Shown here piece after piece: positions 30,459 through 39,707 of a stretch of 64,000 nt of DNA. Source of the stretch: Nostoc sp. Lineage in GTDB: Bacteria > Cyanobacteriota > Cyanobacteriia > Cyanobacteriales > Nostocaceae. The notes beneath the pieces were generated by a model that worked only from the letters and a program-made list of their open reading frames with translations, searched no databases and was not told the DNA's origin. Each line of letters begins with the position of its first letter. Within the stretch, counting starts at the first letter, position 1. A program made the translations under genes and the position numbers. The DNA lies in assembly GCA_036918135.1 (NCBI GenBank), contig JBALDB010000028.1, positions 64,001-128,000 on the forward strand. Reading direction: 5' to 3'.

Positions 30459-30530
30459 GCCAGCATAGCACAGTGGTAGTGCATCCGACTTGTAATCGGA
30501 AGGTCATCAGTTCAAATCTGATTGCTGGCT
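30459..30530 (+). tRNA. tRNA-Thr(UGU)
   Basis: Acceptor GCCAGCA/TGCTGGC, anticodon stem TCCGA/TCGGA with loop CT-TGT-AA, T arm ATCAG-TTCAAAT-CTGAT; CCA not encoded. Confidence 0.95.
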
Positions 30531-30667
30531 TAAGCCGAAAACCCCGCGTTTAGCTGTCAATTGCCACATTATTTGTCCGCGTTAACAAATTAGTGTCTGT
30601 GATGACAAATTAATTTATCCCATCAACAATAAACTGGTTTATTACTATAGAATCCATCAGTTATTAA

Positions 30668-30721
30668 ACCGATGAGCTTCCGATCTTTCAACCCACCTTA
30701 ATCTAATACAGTTATTGAAAC
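30668..30721 (-). CRISPR. Single type V-K repeat plus 17-nt tRNA-homing spacer
   Basis: Repeat GTTTCAATAACTGTATTAGATTAAGGTGGGTTGAAAG (37 nt, 30721-30685), then ATCGGAAGCTCATCGGT, 15/17 identical to tRNA-Thr 30495-30511, which is preceded by PAM GTA. Confidence 0.88.
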
Positions 30722-30749
30722 CTACAGATACATATTTCTGTAAGTCATC

Positions 30750-30863
30750 TATAACGTCTGATTCTTGTTCAGCTCTAGCTTGAATCTCGCTTTGAACTTG
30801 TTCTTGCATATCGCCCAACTTAGGGAGGACAATACTGCCACCTTTATATGTGTATGCGATCGC
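30750..30863 (-). pseudogene. cas12k: cas12k C-terminal fragment
   Basis: AIAYTYKGGSIVLPKLGDMQEQVQSEIQARAEQESDVI matches the recalled Cas12k RuvC-region motif TYKAGxIVLPKLGDMRExVQSEIQAxAEQ. Confidence 0.85.
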
Positions 30864-31012
30864 TTTCTCAGCGCGAACCATGATTTATAGATGTAGTTCA
30901 CCAATACGATGTCTGACAACAAGCCGCTTCTCTTCTCTACGAGAGGCTGCGCCAACGAGACGCACTCGCGTTCGCGTCTACATAATTGTGTATAATCGCG
31001 CTGGCTGACCTA

Positions 31013-31174
31013 ATTAGTGATACGGAAACTTGTCGTAGTATTTATTACTCAAGTTCTAATCTATGGGAACTGGCAGCAATGGTATATTGGCTGTCTGTAG
31101 AGTTAAGTTTTGACATAGCCTGTGAAATCTTGAAAAAGCTGAAAGATCAAGAACCGGAGTTGTTTAATTTTTAA
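31013..31174 (+). pseudogene. cvkR (MerR-type CAST repressor) internal fragment
   Basis: ISDTETCRSIYYSSSNLWELAAMVYWLSVELSFDIACEILKKLKDQEPELF resembles V-K CAST MerR regulators; divergent from cas12k as in intact systems. Confidence 0.75.
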
Positions 31175-31271
31175 GGGGATTAATTTGTCAAGTGGCCAAA
31201 TAATTTGGCAATTGACAATTGCCCTGCTTACCTTCGAGAATTTTTATTTTAATCCTTTTATTTACAATACT

Positions 31272-31360
31272 CGGAAAGTGACAGAACAGGGATAGCTTGT
31301 ATTGATTAACTAATAAAGCTTCTAGAGATTGACCTTCCGGAAAGTGACAAAAGAGGGATA
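31272..31360 (+). repeat. Pair of 23-bp direct repeats
   Basis: CGGAAAGTGACAGAACAGGGATA (31272-31294) and CGGAAAGTGACAAAAGAGGGATA (31338-31360), 21/23 identical. Confidence 0.8.
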
Positions 31361-31426
31361 TAACGCAGAGATAGGGATTGGGGAGTGTTGACTATTGAGA
31401 GCCAGTCAACAGTCAACAGTCAACAG

Positions 31427-33286
31427 TTAGTTATTACCTACAGGTTGAACTTGATTCAACAGACTATGCAATTTCTCTCCTTCAATGACTTCTGTTTCCA
31501 ATAATTGAGTTGCGATCGCTTCTAGCAAGTCTCGATTCTGTGTGAGAATCTGTAGGGCTTGTTCGTGGGCTGTTTCCACGATTTCCTTGACTTCGCTATC
31601 AATGGCTTTGGCTGTATCTTCACTCACCATCCGTCGAGGATTAGGGGCACCATTGCCCAGGAACGCTGCTTGTTGTCCTTGTTGGTAAGCTAGCGGCCCT
31701 AAAACTTTACTCATCCCATAGGTAGTCACCATCCGTTCTGCCAAGTCAGTCGCTCGTTGCAAATCGTTGGATGCACCTGTGGTAATACTGCTAAACACAA
31801 TCTCTTCAGCGGAACGTCCCCCCAACAGAGTTGCAATCTGACCGCGCAATTCTCCTTCATTCATCAAAAAGCGGTCTTCCGTCGGTAATTGCAAGGTGTA
31901 GCCTAAAGCAGCCATTCCCCGAGGAATAATCGAAATTTTTTCTACACGACCGTTTCCTGTTGTTAGCGCCCCTACCATTGCGTGACCGACTTCATGGTAA
32001 GCAACAATCTTTTTCTCAGTATCGCTCAATACGCGACTCTTCTTTTCTAAACCGGCGACTACCCGCTCAATTGCTTCAGCAAAGTCTTCTTGAGCAATGG
32101 TTTGCCGTTGATTGCGAGCTGCCAACAATGCAGCTTCATTCACCAAATTTGCTAAATCTGCACCAGCAAAACCAGGAGTACGAGTTGCGATCGCCTTTAG
32201 GTTTACATCATCTCCTAATTTCACCTTTTGAGCGTGAATCTTGAGAATTGCTTCCCGACCAGATAAATCGGGACGGTCTACCAACACTTGACGGTCAAAG
32301 CGACCTGGACGCAGCAATGCAGGATCGAGGCTTTCTGGACGGTTGGTTGCTGCAAGAACAATCACCGTTGCATCCCCAGCCGCAAACCCATCCATTTCAG
32401 TTAGTAACTGATTGAGGGTTTGTTCGCGTTCATCATTACCGCCGTAGAAGCCGTTACTGCTGCGAGATTTACCGATGGCGTCCAATTCATCAATAAATAC
32501 AATACAGGGAGCCTGTTTCTTCGCCTGCTCAAATAAATCTCGTACCCTAGAAGAACCTACACCCACAAACAGTTCTACAAACTCGGAACCAGAGATACTG
32601 AAGAATGGAACTCCTGCTTCCCCTGCTACAGCTTTCGCTAAAAGTGTCTTACCAGTACCCGGAGGGCCAACTAACAACACACCTTTGGGAATCCTCGCAC
32701 CAATCTGCGTAAAACGTCCTGGTGTCTTGAGAAAATCTACAATTTCTACTAATTCAGTTTTAGCTTCTTCTACCCCAGCCACATCTTGGAAAGTAATTTT
32801 AGCTGATTCACCTTCAACATAAACCTTTGCTTTACTTTTACCGATAGAGAGAACACCTTGAGAACCACCGCCACGGGAGAGAAAGAATTGCCAAACAGCA
32901 ATAAAAATCAGTGGTGGGACGACCCAACTCAACAGGGTCGTAAACCAAGTATTCTTGGGTGGAGGTGTAGCTGCGAATTCAACTCCTTTTTGTTCTAGGA
33001 GTTTGGGCAATTCCAAATCAAAGATTGGTGTAGTTGCAAACACTTGACCTGGTTCGCCACTTTCTGTTTTTAGTTGATAAATAATCTGGCTTTGACCAAC
33101 GGAAACGCGGTTGACTTCCCCTTCCTGTACTTGATGAATAAATAAGCTATATGGAACGCCACTAGGATTAGAACCAAATAAACCAGGCAAAAATATATTT
33201 AAGAGCAGAAATAGCCCTGATATTGCCAGCAATATATTAGCAACAATCCGAAACCGAGGTAATTTAGGCTGTTCTTTAATTGCCAT
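31427..33286 (-). CDS. ftsH: ATP-dependent zinc metalloprotease FtsH
   Basis: Two TM segments, [22 protein letters not shown] zinc motif; ATG 33286 preferred. Confidence 0.95.
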   Translation of the reverse strand: MAIKEQPKLPRFRIVANILLAISGLFLLLNIFLPGLFGSNPSGVPYSLFIHQVQEGEVNRVSVGQSQIIYQLKTESGEPGQVFATTPIFDLELPKLLEQKGVEFAATPPPKNTWFTTLLSWVVPPLIFIAVWQFFLSRGGGSQGVLSIGKSKAKVYVEGESAKITFQDVAGVEEAKTELVEIVDFLKTPGRFTQIGARIPKGVLLVGPPGTGKTLLAKAVAGEAGVPFFSISGSEFVELFVGVGSSRVRDLFEQAKKQAPCIVFIDELDAIGKSRSSNGFYGGNDEREQTLNQLLTEMDGFAAGDATVIVLAATNRPESLDPALLRPGRFDRQVLVDRPDLSGREAILKIHAQKVKLGDDVNLKAIATRTPGFAGADLANLVNEAALLAARNQRQTIAQEDFAEAIERVVAGLEKKSRVLSDTEKKIVAYHEVGHAMVGALTTGNGRVEKISIIPRGMAALGYTLQLPTEDRFLMNEGELRGQIATLLGGRSAEEIVFSSITTGASNDLQRATDLAERMVTTYGMSKVLGPLAYQQGQQAAFLGNGAPNPRRMVSEDTAKAIDSEVKEIVETAHEQALQILTQNRDLLEAIATQLLETEVIEGEKLHSLLNQVQPVGNN

Positions 33287-33484
33287 AGATGTTACCAATC
33301 CTGAGAATGAAAACTAATTTAAAAATCGGGTATAGAGCAAAGCAATTCTGAGTTTTGGGTAAACAAGTGAGTTATCTCATTTATTTACTGAAAACTTGCT
33401 TATCCCACTCGTCTCCCTTAACGGTTTGAGAAACTTGATTAAAGACTGTTCAAAAATACTGGCGTACTCGCCCAACTTAAGCAA

Positions 33485-33566
33485 TGTCTACGATGGTCAC
33501 TGAGCTTGTCGTACCCCTACGGGGAAGCTACGCGCAGCGTCTCCTAGAGAAGTGCGGGCTACGCCT
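33485..33566. repeat. Nested SDR cluster
   Basis: Shares the GTACCCCTACGGGGAAGCTACGCG..CGTCTC core with 739-784 and 56528-56576. Confidence 0.8.
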
Positions 33567-34131
33567 GTGCAAAGTTGTTCAATCTGTCTTAATTGTCAAA
33601 GATGATACCGCTTTTCATAATTTCTCCCATACATCGATGTTTGCAGCTTTTTTTCATTTATGTAACTAAACTTAACAATTAAATTAACCTTTGGGAACTA
33701 ACGAGCAAATACGGTTTACCGTACTCGAAGAATTTAATACCGCTCGAAATCAGAGAACTTTGGGGAACTCCAAGAAATAAATTATCCCGTTTGAAGTTGA
33801 TGGCCGTTAACTGTCAACAGTGGAATATTTTTTTATTTGTCAGTCATTTAGTGAAGAGAACGTTGTTAAAGAAGATGTAGTTGGGAGACATAAAAACAAA
33901 TCAGCGATCGCAAAATCCCAAATCTTCTTATCAAGTCTTGTATAGCAGCAAGTAAAACAAAAATGATACCTAATTAATTCCTACACAATTTTTTTGCCAG
34001 TTGATACTGGTTTTGGAGGAGCGATCGCATCGACTATAAATACTCAATTTGTCTTACACTTATTCAGAATCAAAAATGTTAGTCAGAAAAATTCATATTC
34101 TTAATATCTAACGTCCAAAATCAATATATTT

Positions 34132-34575
34132 CTATTCTCTAGCAATGACTATATCATTAGACTTAATAACTGCATAAGCTTCTTTTCCTTGAGCTAGTTC
34201 TAATTCTTCAGCGGAAGCTCTAGTGATAATCGAGGTTAATTCTACTTTGTGAATAATTTCGATAGTCACTTCACTATTAACAGCTCCGTAAACAACTCGT
34301 TTAATGACACCTTTAAGAATATTGCGAGAGCTAACTTTTAATGATTTTTTCGGAATGTTAGTTTCTATCTCAGGCTTTTGAGTGTAGATATCTTCGTGTT
34401 CTTCCTCATTAGTTGGTAGTGATATTGGTGCTGAAGAGTGCTGATTGAGACTACGCACGAGTTCTCGCAGAATCTCAGTTTTGGTACGTTGAGACTGTTC
34501 GCAGAATTCCTCCAGAATCTTCCGCTCCTCTTCTGAGGTTTGAAATGTGACCCATCCTTGTTCTTTTCTTGGCAT
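34132..34575 (-). CDS. Ribbon-helix-helix + TOBE (molybdate-binding) regulator
   Basis: WVTFQTSEEERKIL...RTKTEILRELVRSL; C-terminal VSSRNILKG.I...SIIT..S..EL.L..G....AVIKS. Confidence 0.85.
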   Translation of the reverse strand: MPRKEQGWVTFQTSEEERKILEEFCEQSQRTKTEILRELVRSLNQHSSAPISLPTNEEEHEDIYTQKPEIETNIPKKSLKVSSRNILKGVIKRVVYGAVNSEVTIEIIHKVELTSIITRASAEELELAQGKEAYAVIKSNDIVIARE

Positions 34576-35030
34576 AATGTTATCAATTTTGGTTATCTTA
34601 GTACGATTTTACCAAGTATCAATTCGATGTATCGTTTTAGTAATAACATTTTTTTTCGAGGAATTTCTGCATTTTCCTGGAAAATTCCTCAAATAATCTC
34701 ATACATTTAACTATATAGATATTTATTTTTTGTAGATGTAAAATAATTTGTTACTTGATAATGTATAACCATGATTATATCTATACCAACAAAAATGGTA
34801 ACAATGATACTTACTTCGCTGCTTTAGGTTTTAGCCAAAGTGAGCGCCTTTTTGGTGTGTGGGTAGTTTGATTTAAGTTTGATCTCTTAGCTTTTCCTCG
34901 CTTTTTAGGTGAAATATTCGATTTGGCAAGTGGTTTTAGGATTGAGATGTTACAGGGTAAGTCTGGCACAAAATTCGCCGAGCGATCGCACGAGTACCAT
35001 AGGATTAATTTCATGTGAGTTTATAAAAGG

Positions 35031-35831
35031 GTGATGAAACACCTCAAATCGCGTTCTCAAGACCTGCGGGGTTTGTTTGAGAACAATATCACCATTGAAT
35101 ACGTGGCAGAACCCCTCAAAGCTATGCCAGGTAATGCACAGGTGACAGAAGTGCTGTATTGGATGGAGGCACAAAATTTTGATGTCGTCGGTGTTGAAAC
35201 CGAAGATACTATTAGCGGTTATGTAGAACGCTCTAGTTTGATTAAAGGTAAATCTGGTAAATGTAGCGACTATCAACAAGTATTTCATCCCAAAGAACTA
35301 ATTGCCATTTCCACCCCACTGATGAAGTTGCTACCAATTTTGCAACAAACTCCCCGGTTGTTTGTTCTCGACTGCAATCAAGTGAGTGGAATTGTTACCT
35401 GCGGCGACTTGCAGAAAGCACCCGCACGAATGCTACTGTTTGGCTTGGTAACGCTGCTGGAAATGAATCTCCTGCGGTTAGTGCGGCTTTACTATCCTCA
35501 AGATTCTTGGCAGCAAGTCCTGAAAAAAGAGCGCTTAGAAGTTGCTCAACGGCTATGGCGAGAAAGCCAGGAAAGAAACGAAGCTACCGATTTGCTAGAT
35601 TATCTGCAATTCTGCGATAAGCGAGAGTTGGTTTTAAATCAACCAGAACTTCTCAAGCAATTGGGACTGAAATCTAAACGGTTTGGCGAGCGCTTTCTCA
35701 AGTCTGCTGAACAGTTACGAAACCGATTAGCTCATGCCCAAAATTTAGTTACTGGTTCCTCTTGGACAGAGTTGATTTCTCTAGCAGAGGCGATGGAAAT
35801 GCTGTTAATTCGCTGTGAGGAAGTTGAGTAA
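35031..35831 (+). CDS. CBS-pair + Swt1-like HEPN domain protein
   Basis: Two CBS-like repeats (…FDVVGV…SGYVERSSL; …RLFVLD…SGIVTCGDL), then LLEMNL…LRNRLAH (Rx4H). Confidence 0.7.
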   Translation: MMKHLKSRSQDLRGLFENNITIEYVAEPLKAMPGNAQVTEVLYWMEAQNFDVVGVETEDTISGYVERSSLIKGKSGKCSDYQQVFHPKELIAISTPLMKLLPILQQTPRLFVLDCNQVSGIVTCGDLQKAPARMLLFGLVTLLEMNLLRLVRLYYPQDSWQQVLKKERLEVAQRLWRESQERNEATDLLDYLQFCDKRELVLNQPELLKQLGLKSKRFGERFLKSAEQLRNRLAHAQNLVTGSSWTELISLAEAMEMLLIRCEEVE

Positions 35832-35869
35832 AGTTTATTGATGGTTGTGCAACCAGCCTGCTAAATCTG

Positions 35870-36372
35870 CTGCTTTCAATCATATCTACCTGAGCAGCAA
35901 CTTGCTCCAACAACGATTCAGGGGAATCTGTTCGTGCTAGAACTGCTAAAGGTAGAAGACCAACAGATGCTAACAACGGAGCGGGGTCTTGCTCCCAAAT
36001 CCGAATTGCTCGGAAGCGATGAACTGTATTCGTGTCGGTAAATTGTTCGATAAATACTGCGTCTGAGGTGGTTTCTTTAAGGTAGATGACAACCTGTTGA
36101 ATGGGATAGAAACTGTATTGCCTACGTAGTCTTGCGTAGTAGTCTAGCATCTGAATCGGCATCGGCGGGATAGAGGCGGGTGCAACTTGGAACTCTAGAT
36201 GGAGAACTTGCTGTTGAGGTAAAAGCAGAATAATACAGTCTGCTCTAACTGGCTCAACGCTCAACTCAGTTTTGAGGTCTTTAACGTCTGCTGGAGTTTT
36301 ACCTAATAACCAGGTGGCAAAGCTTTCGGGATATTGTTCTGAAAGATAGCGGCAAACGTTATCAATGGACAT
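35870..36372 (-). pseudogene. Rpn-family (PD-(D/E)XK putative transposase) gene, C-terminally truncated
   Basis: DNVCRYLSE.YP..FA.WLLG, TELSVEPVRAD, LHLEFQ, GLLPLAVL; family-like sequence ends at VDMIESS and the frame runs into the convergent gene. Confidence 0.7.
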
Positions 36373-36432
36373 TGAGGTTAGGTAAAAGCACTAACTAATA
36401 AAAATTACAAATATCTATAAGATAAATCAGCT

Positions 36433-36987
36433 TTAGTGCGGCTTATTGAGGGAATCACTCATCTGAGTACCTGTATAGTTAGGAACCCATCCTTCTACAT
36501 TTAGAAAATAGCGTACTGCCTTAAAATTTAACGATGCATTTGGGCTGCACCAATGCTCAACACCTGCGGGGATGTAGAGATAGTCTTGTGGCTGAATTAA
36601 AAGCTGTACTTGGCTGCCATCAGGTCGCACAAAGCCATAGATCGTTTCTCCTGCCAACACATAGAGGGGTTCAGGGGCAGTGTGAGTATGGTAACGACTG
36701 TAGGTTGCTATCAAGTGGTGAAGATTGGGGGAACCTGGATGTAAATTCAGCAAGTCACACCAGAGAGCTTCATTTTCTTGCTGGATAAATTCAAAGACGC
36801 TGTTATGGAGTTCTATGATATAAAGTTTTTCTGACTCTGTTAAAAGCTCCTGATTTAACAGGTTTGGGAAAAGCAGCGATGTTCCTGGGTCGTAATGTCT
36901 AAGTTGAATGCCAAGAGGGGCAAGTTCACGAGCTATTTCACCTAAATCACTCTCAATTGTACCGTCATCAAGTAGTAGGTTGGCCAT
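36433..36987 (-). CDS. Acireductone dioxygenase-like cupin
   Basis: YHTHTAPE...IPAGVEHW...KAVRYF...GWVP metal-ligand pattern. Confidence 0.75.
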   Translation of the reverse strand: MANLLLDDGTIESDLGEIARELAPLGIQLRHYDPGTSLLFPNLLNQELLTESEKLYIIELHNSVFEFIQQENEALWCDLLNLHPGSPNLHHLIATYSRYHTHTAPEPLYVLAGETIYGFVRPDGSQVQLLIQPQDYLYIPAGVEHWCSPNASLNFKAVRYFLNVEGWVPNYTGTQMSDSLNKPH

Positions 36988-37232
36988 GACAAAAAGACTA
37001 ATTAACTGTTAACAAGAGTATACTCAACTTTGAAATCAAAAGCCACTATTACCGATTGACAAACCGGAGATTTAGGAATTGGGTATTAGCTAGTGAGAAA
37101 GTATTGTGAGATATTTATTTCCTAATCCCCAATCCCCAATCCTCCATTCACAGAATAAATTTATCAGCAGAATGATGCTGATTAGTACCGTTAGCATCTA
37201 AGCTAGTACGGGTGAACTATGTTGAGTATGGA

Positions 37233-38678
37233 ATGTCTGACTTAATTTTGTTTTGGCATCGTCGTGATTTACGTATTTCTGATAATACAGGACTGGCAGC
37301 GGCACGGCAGCAGAGTCCGAAAGTGGTGGGCGTATTTTGCCTCGACCCGTGTATTCTGGAACGAGATGATGTTGCCCCGGCGAGGGTAACTTATATGATT
37401 GGCTGTTTGGAGAAATTACAACAGCGATATGCCGAAGTTGGCAGCCAGTTGTTAATACTTCACGCTAATCCTGTGCAAGAAATACCAGCTTTAGCTGAGG
37501 CGTTATCAGCAAAAGCTGTTTTTTGGAATTGGGATGTAGAACCTTATTCCCAAGAACGCGATCGCACCATTATAAATGCCCTCAAAGAAAAAAGTATTCA
37601 GTTTCTTAGCCAAAACTGGGATCAAATCCTCCACTCCCCTGAAGAAATACGGACGGGTAGCAATCAACGTTATACAGTTTATACACCGTTTTGGAAAAAT
37701 TGGATTAGCAAACCGAAGAGTCAACCAGTAGAAACTCTGCAAAATGCCCAAGGGTTAACAAAAGCTGAAGAGAAAACGGCAAAACTTGCAGGAGCATTAG
37801 CATTACCTTCAGCAAAAGATTTAGGATTTATTTGGGATGGAGAATTGATTCTTTCACCCGGAGAAGCAGCAGCACAAGAACGGCTAGAGGAATTTACTAC
37901 TCAAGCGATTACTGAATATCAAGAACAGCGCAATTTTCCTGCAGTTGAGGGAACATCGCAATTGAGTGCAGCTTTGAAATTTGGTGTAATTGGTATTCGC
38001 ACCGTTTGGCAAGCCATAACACAAGCACAAGAAAACAGCCGCAGTGAGGAAGTAACAGCCAGTATCCGCACATGGCAACAAGAACTAGCTTGGCGCGAGT
38101 TTTATCAACACGCAATGTATAACTTCCCTGAATTGGCTAACGGTGCTTTCCGCGACACCTTCAAAAACTTTCCTTGGGAAACTAACGAAGAACATTTTCA
38201 AGCTTGGTGCGAAGGAAGAACAGGCTACCCCATCGTGGATGCAGCAATGCGCCAGTTGAATGAAAGCGGCTGGATGCACAACCGTTGTCGGATGATTGTC
38301 GCTAGTTTTCTGACCAAAGACTTGCTAATTAATCCGCAATTAGGAGAAAAATACTTTATGCAGAAGCTGATTGACGGTGATTTATCTGCTAATAATGGTG
38401 GTTGGCAATGGAGTGCTTCTAGTGGGATGGACCCCAAACCCGTGCGAATATTCAACCCAGCTAGTCAAGCACAAAAATTCGATCCAGATGCAGAATATAT
38501 TCGCCAATGGGTGTCAGAATTGCGGTCTGTAGATACAGAATATTTAGTTACTGGTAAAATTCCATCTTCAGAACGCGATGCTGTGGGTTATCCAGAACCG
38601 ATTGTAAATCATAAAATACAGCAACAGCACTTTAAAATGCGTTATCAACAACAAAAAACCGTCAGTAGTCCCCAGTAA
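37233..38678 (+). CDS. phrA: Class I CPD photolyase
   Basis: [52 protein letters not shown]. Confidence 0.92.
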   Translation: MSDLILFWHRRDLRISDNTGLAAARQQSPKVVGVFCLDPCILERDDVAPARVTYMIGCLEKLQQRYAEVGSQLLILHANPVQEIPALAEALSAKAVFWNWDVEPYSQERDRTIINALKEKSIQFLSQNWDQILHSPEEIRTGSNQRYTVYTPFWKNWISKPKSQPVETLQNAQGLTKAEEKTAKLAGALALPSAKDLGFIWDGELILSPGEAAAQERLEEFTTQAITEYQEQRNFPAVEGTSQLSAALKFGVIGIRTVWQAITQAQENSRSEEVTASIRTWQQELAWREFYQHAMYNFPELANGAFRDTFKNFPWETNEEHFQAWCEGRTGYPIVDAAMRQLNESGWMHNRCRMIVASFLTKDLLINPQLGEKYFMQKLIDGDLSANNGGWQWSASSGMDPKPVRIFNPASQAQKFDPDAEYIRQWVSELRSVDTEYLVTGKIPSSERDAVGYPEPIVNHKIQQQHFKMRYQQQKTVSSPQ

Positions 38679-38941
38679 TCGAAGTTCTGAGCGCCAGAAG
38701 CCTTGAAGCGTTCTCAAAGAGTAGCTGCACCGTTTATTATGGGCAATTCAGCGGATATGATATTATCCTATAATTCACTGAGAACCGGGCTTCACCAAGA
38801 TTGCAGTCGTTGATTTTGGATGCTTGACCGCAAATGCGCTGATACTTTAATGTCCCTTGTTCATAAATTCCGCAAAAACACCGTTACGGTAATCTGTACT
38901 TCCGATCAAAACTGAGAGCATCCAGTTTTTAGGGTTTATTT

Positions 38942-39187
38942 ATGACCAGCCCTGTAACAACAGTTATCCAAGTCAATCTGAAGATGGCTCTAGAGGTAGC
39001 TCAAGAATTGGAGCAAGCTCCATACACTAAACTCAGTGCTTACTGTTTAGAAATTTTGCGGGAAATAGGATGTCCTGGTACCGAACTCCCAGATAGCTTA
39101 CAAACTCGCGACCAGCAGCTAAATTTCATCACTGGCTTTGCATCTTATGCTTTTGGGGAGGTACAAAATGTCCAAAACATTAATTGA
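38942..39187 (+). CDS. Hypothetical protein (81 aa)
   Basis: ATG ORF overlapping the start of the next gene. Confidence 0.55.
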   Translation: MTSPVTTVIQVNLKMALEVAQELEQAPYTKLSAYCLEILREIGCPGTELPDSLQTRDQQLNFITGFASYAFGEVQNVQNIN

Positions 39188-39449
39188 AGATATCTTTAAT
39201 GATTCAGAAGAGGCACAAGAAATTACTTTTCCTGCCACAGACCATGACTTATTAATTTTAACAGAAAAATTTTTAGGGTTTGAAATTCCCTCAAAGATTT
39301 TCTTGCAAGCTATAGCCATTGCTGCTTACGACTGTGCATCTGCTTTTCGCTATGTTGATAATTATTTGGTTACCCTCAAGAATAAGAATAAACGTAAGCA
39401 GAAAAATTTAGTTGTGTTCAAGTCTGCGGCTAATTTTGAAAATAATTGA
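39168..39449 (+). CDS. Hypothetical protein (93 aa, basic C-terminus)
   Basis: GGAGG RBS before ATG 39168. Confidence 0.55.
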   Translation: MSKTLIEDIFNDSEEAQEITFPATDHDLLILTEKFLGFEIPSKIFLQAIAIAAYDCASAFRYVDNYLVTLKNKNKRKQKNLVVFKSAANFENN

Positions 39450-39707
39450 GTCAGATTTTCATAAAGTGATACCATTTTGGATTTGAGATTTTGGATTGTG
39501 TTCGGGGTGCATCTCCTAGAGAATGAGTTAGTCAGTAGATTTTTGGAAACTCCATCTATTGCAATCATGATTCAAATTGGTATAACTAAAACCTAATACT
39601 GTTTAGATAAGATAATTTGCATAAGCAATGACTTTTATAGAGACCTTGTATTACAAAGTCTCTACATATATTTGTTTTAATAATTCAGAATTTCAAACAA
39701 TTACAAA

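Larger units (their letters stand above)
30555..31217. mobile_element. Internally deleted type V-K CRISPR-associated transposon (Tn7-like) relic, 663 bp
   Basis: Inverted ends TGTCAATTGCCA(C/A)ATTATTTG(T/G)CC; repeated TGACAAATTA-type TnsB sites (3 left, 2 right); encloses a CRISPR repeat-spacer and cas12k and cvkR fragments; 24 nt after the tRNA. Confidence 0.88.

Noticed and set aside
30657..30955. Track ORFs 30657..30881 and 30749..30955 as real genes
   Set aside because: They are chimeric read-throughs of a cas12k scrap, the CRISPR repeat and SDR DNA
30722..30990. tracrRNA, further spacers or tns genes
   Set aside because: No second repeat, anti-repeat or tnsB/tnsC/tniQ sequence is recognisable
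30550..31222. 5-bp target-site duplication for the CAST relic
   Set aside because: Flanks are TTAGC and ATTGC (3/5 match), so a TSD cannot be claimed; it may have decayed
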